NCBI RefSeq assembly: GCF_036321535.1
Contig: NC_087437.1
Span: 75,394,001-75,458,000 of the forward strand
Length of the DNA: 64,000 bases
Direction of reading: 5' to 3'
Origin: Camelus dromedarius
Taxonomy: Eukaryota
The translations under genes and the position numbers were made by a program. The notes beneath the pieces were generated by a model. The model was not told the origin of the DNA. It did not search any database and was given only the letters and a program-made list of their open reading frames with translations. Positions 38,201 to 50,200 of this stretch are shown in pieces. How positions within the stretch are numbered: the first letter of the stretch is position 1; every line of letters begins with the position of its first letter.

Positions 38201-41200
38201 TACTTCTATAAACACTAATGCCTAGAACAGGTGCTCAATACATATATATTAAATAAGAGGAAGGGCCAAAATTTGAAGCCAAGTTTGCCAGATTCTAAAG
38301 CCCCTGTCCTCCTCAGAGTCACTGTGTATTATTGATCCTCGTTCACTGCCCAGTGGCACCTGCCTGAGTCTGCCATTAACCAAGCCTTGTGCTTTAGGGC
38401 TGCATCTACCTGAGAAGATGCTCTTTTTAAAATTTGCATTAAAGACCCATGAGGACTGGCAGAAGCCACTAGACTAGGTTGTCTCTTGGGAACGATGCTG
38501 CTAGGTTAACCAGTCCATCAGTCACATGACAGAAACAGTCCTTTAACTGAGCTCTCCCATCCAATAAATACAGTAACCACTGCTGTACTACAGCTGAATA
38601 TCTAAATTTAAATTGACATTAATTAAAATTAAGTAAAATTGAAGTTCAGTTTTGACCACACCTGGTTTGGGGCACATTTTGAATGTTCAGTAGCCACATG
38701 GCTTGTGGCTACCCTATTGGAGAGCATATGTATAGAATATTTTTATCACCAAGGAGAGTTTCATGTAGTAGTGCTGTTTGAAAGTGATAAGAGATAAAGC
38801 TTTTAGAGATTTACATGTGAAATAAAAGATTTTGTTTTCCTCATCAATTGAATGAGAAAGGTGGACTAAATCTCAGTGATCCTTTCTAGTCCAAACGAGA
38901 TATGACTCCTACCTACTGCTAAATTTAAATCTATTGCCTAAATGATAGTTAGTATTCTCCTTGCTACCTGCATCCTGCACTATTTCTAGAACTCCAGGCC
39001 TGTCTATTGTCAAAGCCCACATAGTCAAGCTGGCATTTCCCTAAATAGAACCTTCTTCCCTGTTTTAATGGCAGCAATTAGATACCCTCTCCTTTCTCTT
39101 CTTGTCCCCAGCGCTCTCTCTGGTATTATCTTACTAGGTTCAGGTTCAGGCTGAATTTGTGGCAGGTGGTTATTAACCTTATCTAAGAAAGATGACGTCA
39201 CCTCCAAGCCATTCGTTGCTCGTGGTGGTCGTGCCTTTTTGTCACGTGCGTTGTGTCCCCTACAGTCACAGAGTGCCCTGGCCCAGGCTGTGAGGTCAGC
39301 CAAGCATGACTGTGACCTCCTTCGAGAGCAGTGTGAAGAAGAGCAAGAGGCCAAGGCTGAGCTGCTCCGGGCGCTCTTCAAAGGCAGCGCTGAAACGGTG
39401 AAGTGGAGGATGAAGTACGAGGACGACAGCATCCGGAGAACTGAGGACTTGGAGGATGCCAAGTGAGTGGGGCACGGCGACCCTAACCTGGGGTCAGTTA
39501 CACAGAGGACCGCGAGGATGGCGGCTTTCTCTTCAAGGTCGCGTGTGTGCACTTAGCAAATCCTCACCCAGCATGTGACCAAGCCCAAGACCAAAGCTGA
39601 AACAGCCACCACTGGCAGGAAGCACATGCTCCAGAGGGGTTCAAAAATAAAAATGATAATGCAGAGTGGTAAAGACTAGAGAGAGGTCCTGGGGGGAAAA
39701 GGAGGCTCTTTCTAGGGGAACCAAGGAAGTCTTCATAGAAGACTTTGAGCTATGGTTTGAAAGTGGACTAGCATTTAAAATCCTGTGTGATATTTGCAAC
39801 ACCAAAATAATGGAGTCCTTATGTATATGTGTCTCTACACATTAAAGTCACTGTGTTTCTGGTCTGCAACTTGTAGACTACAAAGAGGTCTGTGAAGATG
39901 GACAGGGAGAGCTGGAAACGTGTTGAGATCTGTCATCCTGCCTATGGGACAAAAGTTTCTTTGAAAAGAAATCACCTTTGGGCCACCTCTAAGGTTATGA
40001 TATCCGTTTTATAGCCAACACTCCATAAAGGCTTTAGAAGTTCTCAGGAACTACAGAAGTTTGGGGCCCACATGAATCAAGACTCAGTACCAGGGTGCAG
40101 TTCTGAAACATTTTTCTCCAAGGTTGAAGGACTGTGTGTCTTTGAGAGAAAGTGTCACACCAACCCCAGCTTATAATCATTAAAAGTTGACACAAAAGAA
40201 TGTGTCCCTGGCTTGGTGGCTTGGCAAAAGTCCAGGGCAGATCGATACATTTCTCTTTAGCTTCACCCCAAAATATTATTTTTCAGTTCTTTGCCTAAAT
40301 CTTTGAAAGACATTGCTGTGCACGTGCTGAACAGCCACTGTGTTCTGCCCCTAAAGGGGTACCAAGTGATTGTCTCTCTAGTCACAGGAACTTAAAAAGG
40401 ACTTACGGATGACAGACACTAAAAATACCTGCAGTAAATGTGTTAAAACTCTGAATCACAGAAAAGTGGGGCTCTGAACTGAAATGGCTCCTCATATCCA
40501 AAATAGGGCATTTGCTTCTAAAGTAAGATTTTTTTTCTAATAATTGAAGAATTCAAGTGAAAGTATCTACCAGTAATTCTGTTGAAAGTTTCTTTGGAAG
40601 GGATAGAAAAGAAGGGAAAGTATGTAGGCTACATATGACCACATGGATTTGTTAGTTCTACCAAATTATGGTCCTGTGTTACACGACAACTAAAGAAAAA
40701 TCATGGGTAAACGTGGTCATATCTGAAGGCTTTTTTTTTTCTTTTTTGGCTTTAAACTTAGTTGAACATCAAGTAAATGAAGCATATTGTCTGTATTATA
40801 CTTTTCCCCAAATCACCCAGGGAGGTAGAACTGCAAAACAATCTAGGATTCTTTTTTTTCAATTGCAAAGCTGCTGAAGATTTGCCTGCTCAGATTTCCA
40901 GGCTTGTGTTCACATGATGAATTAGTTTAGTGGAATCAAGCTCACCTGAGACCCAGTTTACTGCTTCTGTGGTCCCCAAGGATAGAGATCTGCTTTCTTA
41001 ACCTCCACGTCTTCTTGCATCTTTTAGGCAACTACGTAGGTGCTATGGTTGGCAAGTTGAGAAGCAAAATGGTAGCTGGTATTAGGTGTAGAACAACATT
41101 ATTAGTTAAACAAAGGTGATCAATTGTCCAGTTTGCCCTTGACTTGCTGGATTTGAGCACTGTTGGCCCCAAGTCCTGGTAAAAACCCCTCAGTTCCCTC

Positions 41201-44200
41201 AAAACAGTTGGTCACCCAGAGTAAAATTACTATTTTCTTGTTCTAATTGAGCATTTCTAAAGTAGTTAAAATATGTGTACTTGTTTTATAAGACTATTAT
41301 TTTAGGTGAGGTAAAGCATAAGAATTTCTTTTTTTCTCCAGCTTTATTGAGATATAATTGATACCATTGTGTGAATTTGTGTACAATATGGTAATTTGAT
41401 ACATGCACATACTGTGAAGTCCTTACCACAATGGTTACTTAATATAACCTTTGCCCCACATAATTCCCATTTTGTGGTTGTTGTTGTTGTTACAGTGAAA
41501 ATATTAAAGCTCTACTCTCATAGCAACCTTCAAATCTACAATACAGTATTATTAATGATAGTCATCACGTGGTACATCAGAATCTCCTTTGAACAGTTAA
41601 GAAAGATGAAGCAAAGATGTGAAGTGTCCATGGTTAGAAAGCCAGTGAGGGAGAAGTACTTGTTAGATCCCAGGTCCTTCCTGGATGCTGAGCACAGATT
41701 GATTTTCACTGGATTCCACCAAAAAGGGGCCTTATGACCACATTGCTCTGTTGAGCTAGTTGTGTGGCACATGTTAATTCCTGAGGATCTTTTTCCGTTT
41801 AGTGGCAATAGATCAGAATAAGTTTTGGTACATACCATACTTTCATCTAAGAGATGTGATGAATGAGTGAGAATGGGACTGCCAGTGTCCCTGGAGATGT
41901 GAGCACTGCATTGTTGGGGGCGGTGGAGGGAGCCCTTTAACAAGCCGCTCCATCTCAGAGGATGAGGGAGGGACACTCGACAGGGGCTGCAGTGCCCCTG
42001 GGGGCAGTGGGACTTGTTAAGTGGGAGCATAATGCTGGGATGGGTTGGCTATATCAATTTGGGAAGAGGAGCTGAGGTAGAGAAGAAACAGAGGAAAGAG
42101 AATCTGGGCATGTTTAGGAGCCACATGATGAGAGGAGGAGAGAGTGAGCAGGAGACAGTCAAAGAATGCTCCTTGGAAGCAACTTCAGAGACTAGATGTG
42201 TCTACAGACTTCTTAACAGTTGCTTACTGTTGGGTGTTCGGTACCCACTTCCTCCCATTTCTTATGAAATCATCAATAAAGCCTGTATTGCTTGTGCAAG
42301 GTTTGAGGAAGCAGAAACTCACAGGGATTCAGAAATCCTGAGTTCCAAGTCCAGGCTGGCAAAGGATAGGGGTAGATAAAGGACATGTGGACACAGGAGC
42401 CGGAGGGTGGTGGTCAGCAGACATCTGGGTTCTGCAGGCACAAGGAGGTCATTTTCAGACACAAGCTGTTTCCACTTCATACTATTAAGCTCCCCTCAGC
42501 CTCTCACCCCCACCCCTATTTTGCTCCAGATCGCTGTCTTTCAGGATACACCGGTTGAGCTCTCTGAGGATTGTGGCTTCACTCACCTTTTGGGTCTCCT
42601 CTTCTCAGGAAGAAGCTGGCAATTCAGTTGCAGGAAGCTGCGGAAGCCATGGGGGTGGCCAATGCCAGAAATGCCTCCCTGGAGAGGGCTAGGCTCCAAC
42701 TGCAGCTTGAGCTCGGGGACACCCTCTCGGACCTCGGGAAGGCACGCTCCACCGCCGCTGTGCTGGACCAGAAGCAGCAGCACTTTGACAAGTGCCTGGA
42801 GGACTGGAGGCGGCAGCAGGAGGAGTCCCAGGCGATGCTGGACGCCTCTCAGAAGGAGGCCCGGGCCCTCAGCTCCCAGCTCCTGGAGCTCAGGCACGCC
42901 TGCGAGGAGGGCGCCCTGAGCCAGGAGACCCTCCGGAGGGAGAACAAGAATCTGCAAGGTATGCTGGATGCGTGGCCCTGGGAACTGGGGTACCCAGAAG
43001 ACCCTGCACCCAGGGCAAGGCTGCCTTCCATGCGCAGATGCCGCAGCATCCTCGTGGGCCACTCAGGTTTTAACTTTTCCATTTTTAATACCTCCTTTTG
43101 AATTCTTTTTTTACTATGGAGATTATTTTAATTAAATGAATTCTAAAAATAAGACAACTTTTCTACCTTTAGTCCCATTTCCACTCTGTAAAGAAAGCCT
43201 ATTAAGAATTCCTTTATACCCATAACCTTACCAAGATTTTCCATGCATATATGCATGCATGTATTTTCCCTTAAATTACACAGTATTCTACACCTTTTAT
43301 TTTTTTCACCTGGTAATGTATTTTCTAATTTAATATTTCTACAGCCCATACTACGTGCCAGGCACTGCTTTATATGTAACTATTCATTAAGTCTCAGAAT
43401 GTGTTAATTTCTTTATCTGTAAAATGCAGATTGTATTGAGTCACTTAAGTTTAAGAACTTGTCCAAATTCACATTTAATAAGTAGTAGATTTGAGATTTG
43501 AGCCCAAGCATCTTGATTCTGACATACACACACCCAGTCCCTGGGCTCTGCCACCTCCCCATATGCCTTGTGATTCTTTGCACGCCTCTACCTAGAGACC
43601 TACCACGTATTGTTAATAGCAACATGGGGTTTTATAATAAGGACAACTCACGCATTCAACTAGACCTTTTTCATTTTAGATGTGATTTTTCACAATTATA
43701 CATAATCCTACATTGTCCATCCCTGTACCTATATTTGTGGACATGTACAAATACCTCAGTAGGGTAAATTCCTAGAAATGAAATTGCTGGGTTAAAAGAA
43801 TGAATTTTTAAATTTTGAGATACTGCCCAGCAGCCCTTCAAAGAGGCTGCCAACGCATACCAGCACCACCAGTGACATGCATTACAAGCCAGAGATGCCC
43901 TGGGAGATCTTGTGTTATTATCAGAGGCGTAAATGAAACTGGCTTTCTCTGCTGACCTGCATCATCCGTGATCAGGTCACTGACTGGGTCTGTGAGAGGT
44001 GCTGGAACAGTCAGAAAACTTTAGTGGCATCTGAAACACCTGGGGGACTTGTTAAAACATGGTTGGCTGGGCCCCATCCTCAGAGTTCCTGATCCAGTAA
44101 GTCTAGGAGGGGGTCTGAGAAATTTGCATTTCTAACAAGTCCTCCAGCAAGACCGGTGCTGCTGCTCTGGGGCCCACACTTGGTCCGGGGCAGAGCTTGG

Positions 44201-47200
44201 GCAGAAGTCTTTCTCAAAAGCTTTCCAAGTGATTCCAAGGTATGTTAGAGTAGAGAACCATTGCTTCAAGTTTTCTCTCAGGAGCACCTCTTCTGGAGAG
44301 GCTTTCTCAGAGGATTTATTATTCACATGAGAATTACCATCAAATGGGTTTGTTTTTGTAACTTTAAAAAATTCCTGTCACATCCTCTCCCAGCTCAGGA
44401 TCTCAGAACCAGAGGAGCAGCCACACTCTGGAACTCCTTCCACCACCTCTAGACTGTGGGTAATTCCCAGAGCACTTGGCCCCACTCCACACCTCTCAGG
44501 TTCTGGAGGCTTCTTTCATGAACAGAACTGACAGTAACAGTGTCAGATGGTGGAAGTTTTGTCACTGCTGGATGCCTAGCTCTGTCAAAGGCTTGTGCTC
44601 ATGAGTGGCTCGGCAGAAACCCTCAAGTGCTTGAGCTCCTTCAGATTCCTAGGTCTGTCCGGGCTCATGCGTTGGCTTCTGGTAGACAGTGACCCAGCTT
44701 ATGCTGTAAGTTCCCATCCTGGTGTTTAGCAGCAGCTGACACAACAGAAGACACTAGTATTGCTAGCTAAGCACTTCTACTGAAAGTGTAGGGATTCCAG
44801 GTCTGTGTCCTAGAACTCCACCAGGCAACATCTGACAAGCAGGACTGCCGTGTACAGTTGCATAGGTTGTTCAATGCACAATACTCTAAGAAACACCATC
44901 TTCACCACTTGTTGTAAGCAACTTTCTGGCAGATGCCAAAAGAATATATTGAAGGGGAGGATTCCTTTTTTTAGTTCAAAGGTCCCATATGTGCCAGAGG
45001 TGGCCTTGCCATCGAGTTACCAAGGAGAACAGTCTATTGGGCCTGATATCATGGGTCTGAGACTGGTTCCTTTCACTAACTTTGTCTCTCTTCCCTCTCC
45101 AGAAGAAATTTCTAATCTGACAAATCAGGTGAGAGAAGGAAAGAAGAACTTAAGTGAAATGGAAAAGGTGAAGAAACAGATTGAACAAGAAAAGACTGAA
45201 GTCCAGATGGCACTGGAAGAGGCCAAGGTATTACCTCCAGGAAGCAGAGAAAGCTTTTATCATTGTGACAGTGCAGATGATCTGCATTCTAGTTATAACA
45301 ACAACACAATGCCATTAACACTTATTCAGGTTTTAACTACGTGCCTGGCACTATGCTGAGTGCTTTATATGCATTATTTTATGTAATCACCCTAGCAAAC
45401 TATTGTCCTCATTTTACAAATGAGGAAATTGAGGCTCAGAGAACAGGATAAGCAAGAGTGGATGCAAATCTCTTGATTGTAATGAAAACAGGAATTGGAT
45501 CTATCTTGTTCCCCAATTTATCTCCAGTGCCTAGACCCTCACTACTATAAATGTGGCCCATGGACAGTTTCCTGGACATCACTTAGGAGCTTGTTAGAAA
45601 TTCAGACTCTCAGCCCTCTTCGCGGTTCTGCTGAATCAGAATCTGCATTTTAACAAGATCCCTTAGTGGTTCATATTCACATGAACATTTGAGAAGCACT
45701 GGACTAGAACATTGCCTGGTGTCCAGAAGAGGTTCAGTAAATACTTGTTGAATGTTGAATGAATAAATATCTTAATACCTGCCCCTCTTCTTCAAATAGA
45801 ATCAGTCAAAACACTCCCCCCCCCCAAAAAAAAACTTTAGGTAGTTTTAAAAATGAGTTCAAAGTGATGCTCTCAAACATTTGTTTCTGAAAGCTCATCT
45901 TTGTGGGGGTTGTTTGACAGGAAAGTTTTCAGTGTTAGGGCTTAAAAGTTCAGGAACAACCTCTGATTTTATCCCTAGGTGTGTGCTAGTGATTGAAAGG
46001 GCCCCTGAGAAAACCTTTGCCAAAGAGGGTGAATGCAGAAGGAAGTTATCCTGTCATGATCATTACATAGTTAACAAGCCATGCAGAGCCTCTTTTCTCA
46101 CAGCCAAATTTCATTTTCTTGACCCACCCTTTGTCCTTTTTTTTTTTTTTCTTTTGGTGAAAGGAGGTAATTAGGTTCATTTATTTATTTATTCTTAGAG
46201 GAGGTACTGGGGATTGAACCCAAAACCTCATGCATGCTAAGCATGCCCTCTACCACTTGAGCTATACCCTCCCCCCTCTTGACCCACCTTTAGAATAAGC
46301 AATGACTCATATTAAAAATGCAGCCCCTACCCACTCACCTCCAACAGAGACAATGATTTTTAAAAGGCACAGCAGTCAATTTTAGGCACGGACCTTTTGG
46401 AAGGTATGATAAAAAAAAGTTAGACCCTAAAGGACTGCTTTGTGTCAAGCCATGTCCGTTAAATGTATCTCACCACAATTTTAGAAGAAACCTGCCAGAC
46501 GGAAGATGTATGAAGTGGACGGCTTTTGTCTTTTTATGCAAATTAGTTTCTGAGGTCTTCTACATTTTATATAGAATCCTTTCAGTTGGCAGTGTGGTAT
46601 CCGCTAGCAAGGCTGGTCCTCATAAAGTAGGTGAACTTTGTTTCATTTACTTGTTCCCTTTGGTTCTCTGGCTACCCCGACCAGGGAATTTCAAAGCCAC
46701 CGCTTTAGCCAAAGAAGTAACTTTTATGGTAGAAATTCCCAGCAACACAAGAAGCCAATGAGAGCTACGACTGGGCAGGGCAGTCTTAGTCCTGGCTGAC
46801 GTGTAGACATCCTGGTGGATGAAGCTGAATAGCACTTTGAAAGTGAGACTGAGGCCACCACGCTCCTACCATTTAGTAGCACTAGATGGCGTTAGATTCT
46901 GTTCGCATTTTCTCAAGTTTTGTTTTCAGCTGCATCCATAAATACTTCATCAGCTTGGACATGTATTTGTAAAATTGGGTTATTTTCCTGGGTGAGCCTT
47001 TATTAGAAACCTTATCATATTATTTTTGAAATCACAAAACTCAAATTATCCTGGGTCACCTTCAAAGATTTACTTTCTCATCCATTCAAGAGGGTTAGAG
47101 GTGACAATTTCCCCCTGAAGGAAGGGCACCATTCCCTTGGAGAAAATTGCTACCCAAGCATTTGTTTTTTTATTTCTTTTCTTTTATATTGAAGACAGTG

Positions 47201-50200
47201 TTGAGATAACAGCAGCAAGGCCTGAAGTCATGTTAAAGTTCCCAGCATCTTTCTTATTTTTATTTTGAAATTGCTACTTAGTTTTACTTTTCATGGTATG
47301 TGCTAAGCACTCCTTGGAAGAGGCTATAAAAATTACTTCTACCCTCAGGACTGTCTGCCAGTGGTTAACTGGCCAATGTATTGTTGTGACCCCTTCCTTG
47401 CGCCCTTTATAAACATCCTCTTCAGAATCTTTCAAGTATTTTGTTTGTTTCTTCTTCTATATACATTTTATCTTTGGAACATGCTTTAAAGATTTAATCA
47501 AACCTACACTTTCAAACTTGAATCACCTTTGTAATGTTCCTGGCAGTAATCGCCTTGCCTATATTTAGATACTCAAAGGGGCAGGAGATCTCCCTGCCTG
47601 TCAAAGCAATCTATTTATAGTAAAAGTAGTAATTATGGTGATGATGGCTCACACCAAGCCTTATGTGTCAGGTACATCCTAAGTTCCTTTATTTGAGCCC
47701 TGTCTTGTATCTTGCTCTCTGAATGCTTTTGACTTTTTCTCTATCCCTCTGTAATGTTGAGAATTAAATACAAGTTTCCAGGTAGGAGTTACCACCTTCT
47801 TGTTCTAACCTTGATACTTTAAAAAAAGTTTTTTTGTTTGGATTTTGTCTGTCTTTTTTTTTTTTGAAGTATAGTGTACAGTCAGTTTACAGTGTTGTGT
47901 CAATTTCTGGTGTACAGCATGTTTCAGTCATGCATATACATACATATATTCCTTATCATATTCTTTTTCATTATAGGTTACTACAAGATATTGAATTTAG
48001 TTCCCCGTGCTATACAGTACAAACTTGTTTATCTTTTTTATACATAATAGTTAGTATCTGCAGATCTTGAATGGTACTTTTATTGATTCATCCCAAAGAT
48101 GAAAACATTAGAAAAAGTCAAGAGTAATCAATTTAAAAATTTAAGTATAGTCACAGAGAAGATTGAAATTTTCTATTTTAAAAAATTCTTTGAATTCCAG
48201 ATCTTGAATCACAGCAGAAAGCCCTAAGAATGTCACAGCTCTAAGTGACATGACAAACAAAGTAATCACTTGTCTCTCAATCTGTTCCAATCTTCAGCAA
48301 CCTGATTTGAACTTAGATTATTCCTAGCAATTCTAAAGAGAGCTACATTAGTGACATACGTTTAGAGGAAAAAATACTTTTGTCAAAAGTGGGCTTAATT
48401 TAGTACTTTTTATTTATGTATTCTAGGGAGCTCTGGAACGTAACGAAAGCAAGATTCTTCGTTTGCAGCTCGAACTCTCAGAAACTAAAGCGGAACTTGA
48501 AAGAAAGCTTTCAGAGAAAGATGAAGAAATAGAAAATTTTAGGTATTTAAGATTATTTTGATGAGCAACAGTTGCATACTTCAGAATCCTTAACTGATCA
48601 TGATTCGCTGTGTTTGTTTGCTTTTAAGACCCCTGTTGAAAAATTATCAGAGAAACTTAGCCAGTCTAACCCTCCACGAGAATCTGGGAAGCTCCACACT
48701 GCTAATATAATGGAACAACCCTACACGATTCCTGTCAGATTGTATGATTTTCTTATATTTGAGTAGCTTCTACTCATACACAAGACTCAAGATAACACAC
48801 CAAGAAAGCATAAGTATGTGGGCAATGACTGTGTTTACTGTGTGGGTCTCCCTCCAACGAGCCTCTTTCTTGAGCATTCAGGACACTGACTGATAAGGCT
48901 GAACAGTGGAGGAGAAGAACTAAGTTTGATGCTGTGCATTAAAATTAATGTCAGGTCTAAGTGAGGTTTCCACATGCCCCCTGCCTGTACCTGTAGCCAT
49001 TTGTTCAGAGAGGGGCCAAAGCCAGGAGCTAAGCTGCTTACCGAATCCCCGTGGAAACAGCTGAGCCTTAATATCAGGAACTGAATTAAACAGGAATCCT
49101 GGGTTGCAGGATCTTTTCTTAGCTTCATCATAACAAGCTGATGATTTTAGACATTTCACTTCTTAGCTCCTGAGTGAAGTGAGGGGATGAAAGCAGTCCC
49201 ATTCGTGTCACAGAAGGTGGCGAGCAAGATCAGTAAGCCGACATTGGCAAGGCACTTCACACTCTAGATCAAGGGCCCAATTACAAACACACGGAATTAA
49301 CTACGATTGTATTGTCTATCTGATCCGCTCCCTTAAGTCAGTGCCGTATGTCGGTGAGGAAAATCATCTTTGAGTCTGAGATCCAACTGGCAATGTGCTT
49401 TCAATGTGTTTGTTAAACAGTTTTTTTTTTTTTTTTTAAAGTTTACATGTCTAATTGAACTGGCCTCTTTTCTATCACCCATCTTCAGACAAAACTCCCA
49501 TGGGGGTCATTTTTTTTAAGAAGAATGTCAAGCCCAATTTGGCCCTCTGTGCACTTTGAGTTATCTTCAATCACCGGCACGTTCCTCTATAGGACTGACT
49601 GTGGTGGTGGGTTCCCAGCTGCTTAAGAGGCTCTGTCTAAAAGAATTTTTTTGATGAAGGGCAAAAACATTGGGCCTTGATATTTGCCCTACTTCCTTCC
49701 ACCAGGAGCAAAAATGAACGTCTCCTTGTGTATTTACAAGGGAAAAAAAAAAAAAAAAAAGAAACGCACCCTGGTTTCAGGTAATGTCAAACCTGTGCCT
49801 ATTAATAAACCAAGCAAAGAAAAAAATGAATCCTCAGAGAGTCTGCATCCTGACAGGTACATCTGAATGTCGTAGAGCTGTTCACCAATTGTAATAATTT
49901 TCGTGCAAAGGAAGTTCCAAACAGCCAGGGCTGGGAGAGGGAAGAACTGAAGACAAGGCAGGAGTGTGAAGGGGCTGGAAAAAGAAGGGCGGGCTGGGGG
50001 GGAGGGGTGAACTATTTGTGAGTTTTAGGTAATGATTCATAATGACTGTAATAGTTACATCGGAAAGGAAAGATGGGCATATCTTGCAAAAGATCACAAA
50101 TACCATGCCAGGCCCTTCCTGTGTGAGTGCCCTGCTTCAGTGCAGACTGTGTCAAGAGGCCTGGGTTTAATCCAAGGGTTTAATCTGACTTCAGGGCTGG

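Noticed and set aside
39463..42608. Intronic myomiR (miR-208/miR-736-like) at roughly the position used in MYH6/MYH7
   Set aside because: By eye I found no TAAGACGA(G/A)CAAAA mature arm or matching hairpin in this intron
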